Source: Octopus vulgaris (taxonomy: Eukaryota). From it: a stretch of DNA of 64,000 nucleotides. Both the position numbers and the translations under genes were made by a program. Below are positions 40,143 through 54,896 of the stretch, in pieces. Within the stretch, counting starts at the first letter, position 1; every line of letters starts with the position of its first letter. Below the pieces are notes generated by a model, which saw only the letters and a program-made list of their open reading frames with translations, was not told where the DNA came from and made no database searches. The stretch spans positions 4,712,001 through 4,776,000 of the forward strand of contig OX597830.1 of assembly GCA_951406725.2 (NCBI GenBank), given 5' to 3'.

Positions 40143-41400
40143 GATGGTGGTGCTACACTTGTTATGGGCTATCATACATCACATGGCTACATAACTGATG
40201 ACAGTGCCAGTGACCAACATGTGCTCTACTTTGCTGTACATTATTTTCTGCATCTAGGTGTTTCCCTTTCTTTATATCCTTAATGGTGGTTGGGACCCTA
40301 TAGGTGTCATTCTCTAAAGCTGCTTTCACTGTAGGCTTGACACCTCCCATGCATTCTCTTCCTTCAATAACAGCATTTCCATTCCTCCATCTTCTTGTAA
40401 ATGAGGCTGAGTGCACCAACATCATCACCAATGATGTTGTCATTTCTATTGATGTCCCACTTTTCAGTTTGGGATGCCTCACAATTCTGATCGTCATAGC
40501 CCAACACATTTGTGAACTTCTTACATTTTGATTTTCTTTCTTGCTAAGGACACCTAACATCTAGCTTCTTCTCTAGCCTCCTGATATAGGTCCTTCCTCT
40601 TCTCTTTCTTCCCTTCTTTCTACTCCTATCCCTTAACTACAATGGTTCTGTATACCTTATCAGTCTTTCAGCATTTCATCTTCCTTCTTGCTAGAAACTT
40701 GTTCCCTTGCTCCATTCACACATCTGATTTGTGCCTCAAAAGACCCCCTTCCCCATCAGCTATATTATATGTCTTTCTTAGCATATTCTTTACTGAGAAC
40801 ACCTTTATATCAATTTAAGGCTAAAAGATCATTCAGTTTCCATACGTTCTTTTACTAGATTGTTTTGTGTCTCTGGGTCCATCTGGTTCTTATTTTCAAA
40901 TAACTAATGCTAAGTTTATGTTGAACAGCATATTCACCTGTCTATTCCATTTTCTTGTGAGTGGTGTATGTGTCTGCTTGCACAAATGTGCAAACATGCA
41001 TGCACACACACGTGTGTGTGTATGTATGTACATAGTGAGCTAGATAGATAGCCAGACAGACAGACAAACAGCAATACAGACACATAAACAGGCATAAAAA
41101 CTAAGCTTTATACATTTATTTGTGCATTATAGACTGACAGTTGTTTCAGATTTACCTATTGTGTTCATGGTTCAAGCCAATAAATCAGTTGATTGAAAAT
41201 ATAGTGAACAACCGTTGGAATGTTTGTAAAAACATACCATGTTAACTTGGTAATGGAACCATGAATTTATAAACTGTGCTGGTGATGGGCTTTAACTTCT
41301 GATTATCTGAAGTCCTGTACTAAACATGAACCTTTGTTAACCTGGAGTATTTATTTCTGTAGAGCGCCTATGAAATATTTATATATATATATATTATATC

Positions 41401-41606
41401 TTTTACTCTTTTACTTGTTTCAGTCATTTGACTGCGGCCATGCTGAAGCACCGCCTTTAGTCGAGCAAATCGACCCCGGGACTCACTCTTTGTAAGCTCT
41501 GTACTTATTCTATCGGTCTCTTTTGCCGAACCGCTAAGTGACGGGGACGTAAACACACCAGCATCGGTTGTCAAGCAATGCTAGGGGGACAAACACACTC
41601 ACACAA

Positions 41607-41641
<35 letters not shown>

Positions 41642-41810
41642 CATATATACGACAGGCTTCTTTCAGCTTCCGTCTACCAAATCCACTCACAAGGCATTGG
41701 TCGGCCCGGGGCTATAGCAGAAGACACTTGCCCAAGATGCCACGCAGTGGGACTGAACCCGGAACCGTGTGGTTGGTTAGCAAGCTACTTACCACACAGC
41801 CACTCCTATG
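41401..41810 (-). mobile_element. CORE-type SINE (family A), young full-length copy
   Basis: CpG-rich, with intact head (gtggctgtgtggtaagtagcttgct...ggttcagtcccac), CORE-like block cttgggcaagtgtctt, internal (TG)n and (agtaaaag) tail. Confidence 0.9.
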
Positions 41811-42914
41811 CCTATATATATATATATATATTTATTTATTTATTTATTTATTGATATATATATATGGTCAAAGGCAACTTGATTCAAATTTTCTTTCTCT
41901 TGTTTTTTGAGTAGACTATGTGCTTAGAATCTGGAGATTGCTTGGAGACACAATGCATGTTATAAAAACCTGCATAGACCTACATCTCCAAAGCAAGACA
42001 CTTTTAGTGGCTCATATCTTTATACTGCATGCATGTATAGATAGATATACTTGAACTTATAATCACGGAATAATTTATGCACTGAGAAACTATTATATTT
42101 CATTGTTTGTCTCTAAAATTTTGGCATCATTTTAAAAATAAATATACTAAAATAATATTTTCTGCACTTGAAGGGACCATCCTTTTCTTTTAAATAAAGT
42201 CATTTCTTCACTTCCACTTCAAACTCTTGACTGCTTGATGTTTTGGCTCCAGCTCTGGAACTAATTAGATTTCTTAGAACCTGATAACAAGTTCAGGTCA
42301 CCAAGGTCTGTATCATGTAGTTCTGCCTGTCTACATTATCAATCGTTCTGGTGTGGTTAATGTACTCTACTTAATTCTATCTGAAAATGCTACAATACCA
42401 AATTTTTCACTCTGAAATTCTGTTAGATTCCATTCGTACTTAGATCTTAATTAAACTCTAGAATCTGTCTATTGTTGTTCCTTGGGAAATTCACCATTAG
42501 TCTTTTGGATTTAGATGCATTACTTAATTGCCTGCACAGACATGTCCTGTCATGTGTTCTTCAAAAACTTACCAAAATATGAATTTTTTATAATACAAAG
42601 TCAATTTTTTCATTGATATCCATGTAAGATGCATAAAATTCCAAATTATGGCATAATTTTCATGAATAGAACCCATTCCACAATATGGGGATTGCTTGTA
42701 TTAACTGTGGCACAATTCTAGTCTCACATAACTTTGTTGTACTTACAATTACAACGCCTTACTAAAATTATAGTCTTTTGGCAAAGATATTGGTTATTCT
42801 TTACTGACTGAATTCTACAGAAACCAGAGTTAAATTCTAGTTCTATCACTCTAGCTTCTGTTCTTTACTTGACAGCTTCTGATACTTTCTCTTCCTCTTT
42901 TTTGGTGAGAGTAG

Positions 42915-43119
42915 GATTCCTCATAGGTGACAAATTTATTCGATTTGAGATCACAACTTCATTTTTCCATTTAAATTTGTGTTCTTCTTTGGATTCCTAT
43001 CTTTCTTTCTCATGTATTGGCCACAAAAAAAGAAGAAAAAAACTAATACAGAAATCAATAAACAGTTAATTGGTTGTTGATCATGCAACAGTCAGGTCAG
43101 TTATGCTAGAGCTATGACA
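42915..43119 (+). repeat. 205-bp local direct duplication, copy 1
   Basis: Near-identical to 46099-46302 (about 5-6 differences by eye). Confidence 0.95.
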
Positions 43120-43196
43120 TTGCATGCATATGTATACGTATGTGTATGTGTGTGTGTGTGTGTGTATGTATACATCTATCTATCTATCTATCTATC

Positions 43197-43230
<34 letters not shown>

Positions 43231-43931
43231 TGGGAGAGAGGGAATATGAGGGGTTTAGTTCACTGTGTAAATGCTATAAATGGTCATGTGTTAGGTTCCA
43301 AGCTCACAGCTGAGGCTGGAGCTAAGGATCTGTAGTAGTGTTCCAGGTCTGCAGGAAAAGAAGTAGAATTACTTCTACTCCTCCTTTTCTGATTCACTGT
43401 ACTCCAATAAAATATTCCAAATGACCCGAGACACTCGTCCTGCCTTGGTTTTGTTTTTCTTTAATATATATATATATATATACTTGTATATATATAAGGT
43501 CGGGTTTCTAGTGAACCAGGCACTTAAATGGTGAAGCACTGGGTCAGGTCAAAGCTAAAATGTGTTCACAGCAAAGATAAATTCATTAGAAACAGCTGTA
43601 GTAAATTGACACATTATCTGTCTATTGTTACTTAATTATATACATATGTATGTGCATATATGTATATATATATATATATATATATACTAAGTAATTGAGG
43701 GTTTAGCAACGATTTGCCTCACCACACACCGAATTTAGAAATAGCAGTCAAAAAGTTTTGGCTATTCTTTCTACTTAAAAGGGAGATCCCAGCAAAATCG
43801 AAGCACTTAAAAAGCAAACGATGCAGGCAAAAGAGAAAGAAATGACAAAAATCATTCTATATTAAGTCACCTACGGACGTACGTTTCGGAATTAAGTCAT
43901 TGCAGAGCATAAAAGTTAAATAATTTATTAT

Positions 43932-43990
<59 letters not shown>

Positions 43991-46098
43991 AATTTCTCTC
44001 CCAGACAGTTGCTGATGAAGAGAAGCTGTCTATTTGCTTTCATTTTGGTTTGTTTTATTTCTTGACCCTTACTTATGTATGTTGTCTCTACATTTATACA
44101 CACTTTAGTATTCAATGTAACAAAAAATGAGCTATACTAACCACTCGTTGAATTAGCATTTCAATGCAATATGTTTCAGTAATACTTTCTCTATGGTTTG
44201 TTTCAACCATGATTCTAGAGCGACTTCAATGTTTGGCCACCTCTAAGTATCGAATTTACTGGAAAATTTATTCTTTTACGTCTACATTCTCTACAACATT
44301 GGCATGCAAGGAGCTTTGTTTTGAACTTATTACAAAAAAATAGGAACGCTAAGAACTGGTTTTTATTATTAGGTGAGAGGAAATTCTAATATTTTTCTGA
44401 TCAATAAAGGTTTAGAGTGGTGCATTTTTTGGCAGCAGACTTCAGTTTTACTTAATATATTAGTATTTATAACAGATGTATTTTAGCTTTCAATATTTTA
44501 GAAAGACTATGATTTCCATAAACTATTTTGTGATGTTTTCACTTTCTAACATTACTTTTAGATTTCATATTTTTAGTTTTGTTTTGATAGAATTACAGAA
44601 AATGAAAGTAAACTGGACTTTAAACTGAATAGTTAACTTGTCACAATCAAATGTATTGAGTTGAGATCAAAGAACTTTATTTGACATGTCTTTGTCACGT
44701 TTGCAATTGCTCTTTTTTTCTTCTTTACATTTTACAGAATTAAAAGAAGAAAAATTTATATCCTTATATCCTAAAAAACAATAGGACAAAAAAAAACATT
44801 TTACTAATATTTCACAAAATATGCCAAAGTCATCTGTAATTACGAACTGGAAGTGTCTCTGCAAGTCCACTTCTTGCAGGAGTTAATCCTGAGATCATTG
44901 ACTGAAATATTCAATGGAAAATAGAATAGTTCTGTTTTGTTTTGTTCCATTAATCCCATTATAGTTTTGTTCTGTTAATCCCATTAACTTCAGATTAAAA
45001 CTTCTTACAGTAAAGTTATCTTCATCTGCTCAGCTGAAATAAGTTCAACTGTTAATTAGTGGTTGAGTGGTGGAAACTGGAATATTTCAGGCAAAATTAT
45101 CAAGGTTCAAGATCTCAGTGCCAGTATTCTTGGGAGGTGGGTGGATAGAAAACAGGCTCTTGAGCTACAAAGATGGAAGAATGACATCAAGAACTAGAAA
45201 GATTGGACCCTAGCAGAAAGTATGATTGCAGCAAAAGTCTGTGTGTGTGGTGACAAGTGATGGATGCTGAGGCCTCTCTGGCCTTCAGCCATGAGAATGG
45301 CCATTTTCATTCATTCAATGGACCCATCTATCATTTAGATTTTAAAACATCTGCTTCAGTATTATACAAAAATGTACACTTGTGGAATCATGTTAGCCAT
45401 AACAAATGTAAAATGGTAAATGATTCTTATTTGTACTTGCAGATTTTCATCATAGTTCTTACAACTGATAGCGTCACTTGGATGGCTCTGCAATTTAATC
45501 CATAATTCTATTCTGTCAAGGAACTCCCTATGCTCCTGGACTTTAAAAAACTCTCGGTATCTAAGAATTATAAGTTACTTTCGCTATAATATTCACACTG
45601 AAAATTTTGCTCCAAAAATATAACCCTTGGTAATAGTATTTATTCTTATTTAGGTAAAGAATCTTTTATCCTGATATAAAACTATTTTGTAATGTTCCAA
45701 AATATGTTCTTGTTAGCTTAAAGCTTCCTCTATACCCTCAATACACTGGGAGTATATAAAAATATATATGTCGGAATATTTCAATACATTGTTTATGTTC
45801 ATGATTCACATTTCATTATATATTACATTGAAAGTTCTTTCTCTCTCTCTTTCTCTATCTCTACCTTTCTCCACACACACACAGAAAAAAATGTATAATT
45901 TCATCGCACAAACTGTGAATAAATTTCAAAATGTTTTCTTTTGCTGTGAATTTGAATAAAACTACAGTGAACTATAATTGACTCAAATTGATAATTCTAA
46001 TAAATTTCAACCTGACACATAAGATTTTTTTTTCTTTTTTGTAGTAATTTGTTTCCTTGACAACTTTTGGATTTTACATTTTTTATTTTGTTCTTTTT

Positions 46099-46302
46099 GA
46101 TTCCTAATAGGTGACAAATTTATTCAATTTGAGATCACAACTTCATTTTTCCATTTAAATTTGTGTTCTTCTTTGGATTCCTATATTTCTTTCTCATGTA
46201 TTGGCCACAAAAAAAAAAGAAAAAACTAATATAGAAATCAATAAACAGTTAATTGGTTGTTGATCATGCAACAGTCAGGTCAGTTATGCTAGAGCTATGA
46301 CA
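46099..46302 (+). repeat. 205-bp local direct duplication, copy 2
   Basis: Near-identical to 42915-43119. Confidence 0.95.
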
Positions 46303-46713
46303 GTGTGTGCATTTATATACATGTTATATATACATTCATACACACGCACTTCAGATTTTTAACTTTACAATTAACAGTTGGCGAGTTATAGTAAATGGAA
46401 TCACAAAATTGCTAATTAACAACAGGTGAATGTTGATCAACATCTTGTGAGGTTTCTAAGTTATATTTTAGAGTATTTTTATGCTGGATAAATTGGTTTT
46501 AAGTCGGTTCTTAATAGCATTTTGGATTAGTTCTTTCACAAGAATTAGTTGTATATATTTTGCTGGGTTATTTTGTACATCATCAATGAATGTATTAGCA
46601 ATTTATTTGGTCCTGAAATCCATTCTCCAAGAACTGAATAATCAATAGCCACATAAATCTTTAATTGTATCTCACTCTATCTTGTAAAACTAAACACAAA
46701 CATGCACACAAAC

Positions 46714-46752
<39 letters not shown>

Positions 46753-46764
46753 ATGATAAATATA

Positions 46765-46994
46765 TACGGGTGGGTGGGGGAGGTGCTTAAAAGTTTCTGG
46801 CTTTGGGTGAAAGAAAATACAAGAGAAGCAGGTAATTATGATTTTACTCAACATTTTCTCCTCTCAGATTCACACATTTATCGCAGTTGCCCTTCAGTTT
46901 TTCTAAGCCCTGTAAAAGAACTCAGAAGACTGGGACTTCAGGCAGGTCTTTCAAAAAACCCTTAAAGCCAGGAACTTTGCAGCACCCCTTCATA
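46765..46994. mobile_element. Mariner-type MITE
   Basis: TIRs tacg...ggtgcttaaaagtttctggcttt and aaagccaggaactttgcagcacccc..cata, in TA context. Confidence 0.75.
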
Positions 46995-49273
46995 TACATA
47001 TAGTTTATTAATAGATTGTATCATTATAGGAATTACAATTAGTTTCTCCAGAATAGTGGTTCAGTGGGAGAGGTCATTCATTTGCAAAAGAAATTCAGAT
47101 TTTGTGAAGAAGAGGTTATACAACGACGGGGGAAAGTGGTAAAAAAAAAGCCAAAGCAAAGGCAGGACCAGAAGATATTTGGTTTGAGGGTATCTAGAAA
47201 ATTCTCCAAATTTTCATGGAGAAACTCTCAGCAAAGTGATATCTCAATTTGAATCTTTTAACTTTCCATAATACTCTACGGACATTTAGTATAGATCGTC
47301 ACCAGCCTCACCAACTAGTCTACTAATTATTATGTCAGTTCTATCAATGTTGTCCATGCTGCTAGTTTTATTTCGAATGCCTGCATTTCTAGTGTGGTTT
47401 CATTCCAATTTAGCCTATGTACATCTCTCATTATACAAAAGAGTAAAGTTTTATGCATGTGACAGGACACAAAATTACATGGATGAAGAGCAAGTTCTTA
47501 ACCACACAGTTATGTCAGTGGCAACTAAAATATGAAGACAGGACAGAATAGACATGGGGAAACTAACTGAAGAAAAAATATTTTCCTGAGGTCAGCACTC
47601 CCAACACAGCTCCGTTTTAATACTTCTAGCATGTCTCCACACCAATATTACCAACATGGTACCTCAATAATACTCCCAACAAGGTACCATGTTAATATTG
47701 TGATACATAAATTTGTGTTTGACACACTTCTGTGATCATTTCAATAAGTATATTCATGAGATATATATTTAACCAGGAAGATATTCAAGAAGGCCAATGA
47801 ATTAAACTAAATCATATCTAAATCCACTCCTCTATTTTACTCCCTGTCCACATCATTTAATATTTATTTCCCTGACTATGTACTTCCATGTCTCTCTATC
47901 AGTTTTACTGCCTTCCTTCATTCGCATACACACTTTAGTTTACGCCATAAAATAGATCATGTTTTCAGCTAATGTGAGAGAACGAACTATAATTAATAGC
48001 CATAGAACATTACATCAAGGATAGAAATACCCCAAACTTTTATTGCAGACCTCTTTAAGGGCTATTAGTTTGACATGAGAATTTGTCAGAATAACTCACA
48101 AGACATATTTTGGCATGGAAAATGGCATTTAAGGCCTTAGCTATTTCCTTGTTGTCAAAATACTACATTAAAAGCTTGTTCAAGAATTACCGTAAAGCAA
48201 CACAATGATAGACATTCGTTTAAGGAATACAGACAGAAGATATTTGTTGGGCATTCTTTTTGATATAGAAGAAGGTTGAACGCAAACAGAATATGATCAG
48301 ACAGAGAGAATACCTGAGAATACCCAGCTGAAATTCCTTATTTACTAAGTTACCATGTCTTGTCTCATAAGAAATGAAAACATAAAAATATTTATTGAAG
48401 TTAACTTATTAGTTAAGCACCACAATCCAGTCTTAAATATTTTACTTGATTATTTCTTTGCTATTTCTTATCTCAGTATGTATTCATTTATTATATTAAA
48501 TGTTCACAAACTATAGTTAATTGTGTTTAAGAAAATTTTACTTAGATAAAGTTTTCAAAAATGGAAATTAGTTTACTCTTAAAAATATGTAAGAAATATT
48601 TATTTTATTTCTTCAATATTTAAGCTATCAATGATATATCATTGAATATACGTAAGCCGTTAATGTGTTGTAATGCAAAACTGATAACTATTATTCTTAC
48701 AAAGTATCACATTTTGAAAACAGATGAGAAATATAAATGCAAATAGTTTAAGGCGTATCTTAGAACATGCTTTAAAATAGAAAATAGGTCACCTGTAAAT
48801 GTAATACTTCTGTAGAGTGTAACTACATTTGACCAAGTAAATAATGTAGCAGAATTGTTGCATATCGAAAGTAAAAATATAATATAAAATCACTTAAAAT
48901 GGAAGCTGTAGGTCTTTTGATCATCAGCTGTTAATAGATGACTGGAAGCTATGCTGTAAGTGAACACAAGTACATAAAAGTTTCTTTCTATTAGAGGAAA
49001 ACCTCACTTAAAATGGTATTAATATAACAAACTCAGTGAAAGTGGAATAAGAAGCAACTATTTCACACACTATTCTCCATAAGTTGTTTGTTTCTTTGGA
49101 AGAACATTATTATCAGAGTGGCTTTGTTCTTGCTATTTATCACATTTGTCATTTATTTGAAGATGACAATAGAAAAGATTTAGTAAATAATTAATGTTTA
49201 AGTTTCTGTTCAGAGAAATTTCACTATGTTTTTGTAGGACACCATAAATGGCAGCAAAATGTTCAGCTGCTAC

Positions 49274-49344
<71 letters not shown>

Positions 49345-49489
49345 TGTGTGAGTGTGTGTACATATATATATACATATGTATGTATGTATGAATGTGTGTA
49401 CATATATATATACATATATGTACATATATATACATATATATATATGTACATACATATATATACATATATATATATATACATATATGTAC

Positions 49490-49521
<32 letters not shown>

Positions 49522-49556
49522 GTGCATATATATATGTGCATATATATATGTGCATG

Positions 49557-49596
<40 letters not shown>

Positions 49597-49603
49597 TATG
49601 TAC

Positions 49604-49668
<65 letters not shown>

Positions 49669-49690
49669 TATATGTACATATATATATATC
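49274..49690. repeat. Long compound TA/TG/CA microsatellite
   Basis: Directly visible; source of the 100-190 aa spurious ORFs. Confidence 0.95.
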
Positions 49691-50170
49691 TGACCGCTTT
49701 CACTGATGAAACTTGACACACACATAGCCCAATGTCATAATTCAAAACTAACGCAGAGAAAATTTTGAAAAGTTCCCCATGAAAAATCGATAAATTGACA
49801 TGGGGTCGAGAATTAGAAACCCAAACCACAGACCGTCTAGGGACGCAACTCTACCTTTAACTCTCAAAAAATTTCTTTATAGTTATATATATATATATAT
49901 CTTCACATATATATTATATATATATATATATCTTCACATATATATTATATATATATATATATCTTCACTACATATATATACTTTCACATATAGCTGCACT
50001 CACTTCTGCTCTCTGTGTTTTATTTTTCATTTTTATATTTTAGTCTGAACACAAGTTTGGTTTAATTATATATGAATATTTGTTCTCTTATTTAATTTAG
50101 TAGAACATTTGAGTTGTAAACAGAAATGAAATATCTTATCCTTTCAGCTACACTATGTATTGATGCTTAA

Positions 50171-50356
50171 CCCTTCAGCATTTAAACTGGGCCATATCAG
50201 ACCAAAATATTGTACATATTTCATGTTGAAACTGGCTAGTTATGGCCTCTCACACCTACCCTGCTATGTCAGTCTTAGAATAAGACGATCACATCTTTGA
50301 AAGCTTGAAACTATGAGATAATGCATGGTTAAGAGATTAATTTGAATGCTTAAGGG
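50171..50356. mobile_element. piggyBac-type MITE
   Basis: TTAA|CCCTTCAGCATT ... AATGCTTAAGGG|TTGA; CCC/GGG termini and a TTAA target with one substitution on the right. Confidence 0.7.
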
Positions 50357-53300
50357 TTGAAAATATTTCCAATAATTCAGTTCCTTTATTTTCAAACAGG
50401 CCATTAGGAAATTGAAAAATATTTCAAATTGCCGTGTGACATATTTTTCTTGGTGTCTAAATGCAATCTCTTCTAATTTTGTGTGCACATGTTTACTCCT
50501 ATTCTCTTTGAACAATAAAATCTCCAGCGTTCTGAAAGATAGGACATAGTAATGAGAATGATAATTTTCTTTCTAAGCTAGTGTCCATCAATTTTGGTGA
50601 TCCACAAACTATCTGGAGTCAAAATGGCTCACTTCTTTTCTCCCCACTTCTCTGCTATGTCAGTCTTAGAATAAGACGATCACATCTTTGAAAGCTATCA
50701 ACCAATTTCCATCACCTGAAACCTATCTGAAGTGTTGGAAGTACCTGCAAGAGACAACTCTTGTCAATTTCATTTTGAGATACGTTGCCCTGTTGGCCCC
50801 TGAAATTCATGTCAACAGGAAAAGTAGCCGTGCAATCTTCTTCTAACATGTACAAGCATTATCAATTCCCATTAACCACATTAAATTAACCTACAAATTC
50901 ACTATTAAAAGCAGCTCATTTCTTAGCTGAAACGGATCTTTATCAACATGATAATATTAAAGGGAGAAACATATTACCCGATCGTAATACCTAAACATAG
51001 TGACCCTTTCTCTCAGCTTACAGCCTCCAATATACATAATACACTTGCATCAAAACAATTGGATCCCATTTATTTGAGAGCAAACTTTAACTTTTCCCAT
51101 TCATTTCAAATGGTGACTGCATAACACTAAAGACAAAATGAAAACAGAACTGAAAGCCTTTAGCTGACTAATCTCGCCATCAGGCAGGAAAATGGTAGAG
51201 TCCTTAGAGCGGCAGACAGGATGCCTTCTGGTATTTCTTCTGACTTTCTATGCTCCGAGTTCAAATCCAGCTCAGTTTCACTTTGCCTTTTACCCTTTAA
51301 GGATAACTGAAGGCACCAATTTGAAATAAGGGGCTGATAGAACTTTAAGTGGTATTTGTTCCAGCTCTTTGCATTCTGAGTTCAAATCCTACCATGACCT
51401 ACATGGTGGCAGAATTAATCTGCCACCCAGCTTAACACTATCACCTTGTTCTTGGTGTGGGGAGCAAATATTTGGGCCAGATTTCCAGCTTGAAGACTCC
51501 TTCCCCTCTCCTTTCTTCTTACTTGCCTCAGAAATGCTGCAAAGGATTACAGGCACGGCCTTCCCTCCAGACTAAAAAAGCAAAAAAATTGATTTTAAAA
51601 TATCAAACAGGTAAATGAGGTTGTCTCTCACTCTCTTCCATTTGTAAAATAGAGATATATGCTCTTTTTAGTTTTTCAACACCAACTTAACTTAAACACA
51701 TCATTTTACTCCTATGTACATTTCCCCACCACATTTTTTACTTGTCTTGGAGACTACAACAGATAATATTTCAATAATTCGTTCTGGAACTAAATTCTCT
51801 GTGAAACAACTTTATTGCTTATATCCATGTTCATTAATAGTATTTACACCTAAAAGCAACTTAAAAGTTTACAAAAAAACTGGAAAGGTTTCAATTTATC
51901 ATAAGACAACGAAGAAAAGGAATTAGAAAAGAAATTTCGAAATATCTATATTTCAAAATTTGAAGAATTCATACTTTGAAATAATTCTACAGAATCTGAT
52001 TTCAGTGCCAGCCAGCTGTTAATAAGGACTTGATCTGTTCTGAAAATGCTGCCAAATATCTCTAATAATGTCTATTGTATAATACTGAACATAGGCAAGT
52101 TTATATGTAAAATATTTTAAAAGAAAAGCTTAGATATTTGTTCTTGTAACTAAGCTATGACTAACTTTTAATTACAAGCAACAAAGAATTGTGCTAGATT
52201 GATTTTTGTTTGGTCATATTAAAGTGATTTTGTTGAAAAGAATCATCATCATTAGCTTGCCACAAGCAATGCAAAAAGAAATAAGTTTTGATATATTTCA
52301 AGAGAATAGATGAAAGAATTTGTAAACTTCTTGAAGACTTTTTCAGTTTCTTAGACTATAACATACTGAATATTTCTTCAAAAGAGTTTTCTTTGGCATC
52401 AAGGTGTGGGTATATCTGGAAATCTCTGTCATTAACAGTTTTAGTGTCCAGCAATTGATGAGGAAAGGTTAAAGTTTAGTTAGAAGCTACACAAGATTTC
52501 TTTTAATCTTTTCCACCGCACTTTTCAAGATAAACTAATCAACAGAAGAGTTGCTATCAGGAAAACTTGGTGTAAACTTTAACCCTTCTGATGTCTTTCT
52601 AGTGCAAAGTTTATCTTATCTGCTGCTACCAGAAATGAAAATAATACTAATTAGCTCTTAGCTTGTTGCTAAGTAATAAACACTATAACATAAACACAGA
52701 ACGTTAATAAAGCTACACATCATCAGATGATAATTAAAGATAAATAAATAGTGTTAAGGTAACTCAAGTGGGGACAATGACATGAATTGAGATAAATAAG
52801 AGGTGATTTATCGAATGATGTACCTTCAAAATTATTAGTTACAAAAAAAATGCTAAAGCCTAATGGCAATTTCTTGCGACTCTCAAAGACAAGGGGAAAC
52901 AATTTCATGAAATTTATTTACTTGATTTCCATGCAAATTTCAGTTGAGGAATTTTTGCCTTTGTCATTAAGTTCATGGTCCCTTAATTTATTTTGTGTAT
53001 GGCATTAGTACATAACTTGTTAATTTCTTTTAGCCTCACTAATCATGTTCCCCTAAATTCATCCCATTTTTTAAACTATGCAAATTATACTGGCCATAAA
53101 TATTTTTAATTCTTTTCATATCAACAAAAATTTGTCAGTTTTTCAAAGCTGGCATCAGGAGACTGTAGAAGCAGTCTAATCTACTGAATCATATTAATAG
53201 TTGTCCCCTCCTTGATGTCAAAGAAAAAAGATTTTATCTTTAAACATGTAAATTAGTTTTGTGAAATTAAATCATAATTTCTTCAGAGTGTCTCCCCATT

Positions 53301-53668
53301 TCTTTTAAGAGCCACAAATGATTACCACTAGGTTTTGTCTTCCTCCAACTAAATGGCAAACTCCAGTTAGTTGAGAATTTCCTGTGTAAATTATTCAATA
53401 CATCATTTCTTAAATGTTAGATGCAGTTTTGATATTTATGCCATAATTAAAATGTTCTTAGGCAAAAAATTATTTTTCTCAGTAGAAGACTCTTGGAATT
53501 ACCAGGATGTCTTAGTGCATGCCATTTTATAACTTTACTAAGATGCAACTGACACAAGTACAGTGGATTGGCACATTTATTAGGGTTGAACAAAATTCCC
53601 TGCATTATATTCTTCCAATTTCTTCATATTCTAAGTTCAAAGACCAATTTGAAATCTAACATACATGC

Positions 53669-53703
<35 letters not shown>

Positions 53704-54747
53704 CATACATACATACATATATACATACACATACATATAACCCTAAAGTCAACTTTACTTTTCCCCCTTTTCAGAGTCAGCAAAATAAAGTTACTGTCAA
53801 TCAAATGCCTCACCCTAACAAAAACAAAAAAAACAAACAGGTTTTGTTCTAATGTAATAAAGAAAAGTTTTACAGCAACTTGTTAGCTTTCATTAATATT
53901 TCAATATTATCTCTAAATTTTGAACAACAGGAAAATTGCAGAAACAGACTAAAAATATATTGTAGAATTTTATTCCATCCTTTTACAATTTAAGGTCACA
54001 TCTTGCCTCTATATTTCATAAAATCAGCACCAGTGGTATAACTGACTCAATGGATTGTATCCTTTCCATTAAAAAACATACAACCTCAGGTGTAGCCATA
54101 AAAGCCAGAGATACTTTTACACATTCTGATGAAGTCTCTTATGTTACACAACAAAAATGCTTTGTGTTGATAACCAATAATAATATAATTGATTTTGCGT
54201 AATAATTTCACTGGGCTTCACTGAGTCATACATCACTAACTGAAGATAAACCATTATTGATGCAGTTATACTTTTTCTATGTGACATTTTTTAAAAGAAG
54301 CAACAAAGTTAAGCAGTGATGAAATGATCTTTTGATGAATACTTGGAATAAGCTTCACACATAAATGTTAACCCAACCAGAATCAACAGTTACTCTTTTA
54401 CTCAATGAATGAGAATTGTGAGAAAATATTTCAGAACTTTGAATCACCGAGGAAGTTAGCTAAAGCTGAGATTAAATAAGCCATACCAACTTAAGTAGAT
54501 CTTTTAATTAAATTTCTATAAAGTCTACACTGGTGTTTATATCAATCACAAGTGTAAGATAGTGGAAGAGACACTGTAAATCATTAGCATGCCATTAGTT
54601 TTACCGAATCCATTGCCATTATAGCAATGATGCCATTACAAATAACACGCCCTTTACTTTAGCTGCTTTATTAGAAACATTCTATATGTAATCACATCAT
54701 TACTGTTCTCAGCTGAAAGACCAACCTGAAATCTAACATTGCTCCAA

Positions 54748-54861
54748 TTATATATATATATATATATATATACATACATATATATACACAAATATACATA
54801 TATATATATATACATTCATATATAAATACACATATATATATGTATACATATATATTCATAC

Positions 54862-54896
<35 letters not shown>

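Noticed and set aside
40162-40560. 132-aa minus-strand ORF
   Set aside because: No diagnostic motif; possibly decayed retroelement sequence but cannot be assigned
43589-43600. GAAACAGCTGTA, identical to the 3' half of the 27878 HHR
   Set aside because: No CUGANGA or stem II upstream and no recognisable PLE tail
44890-44912. TGAGATCATTG, similar to the bantam miRNA 5' end
   Set aside because: 3' half diverges and there is no hairpin partner upstream
49133-49829. Long ORFs of 100-190 aa (also at 1551-2210, 8636-8970, 19933-20324, 54692-55226, 63075-63476)
   Set aside because: Stop-free read-through of TA/CA/TG microsatellites giving YI/HT/VC repeats; not genes
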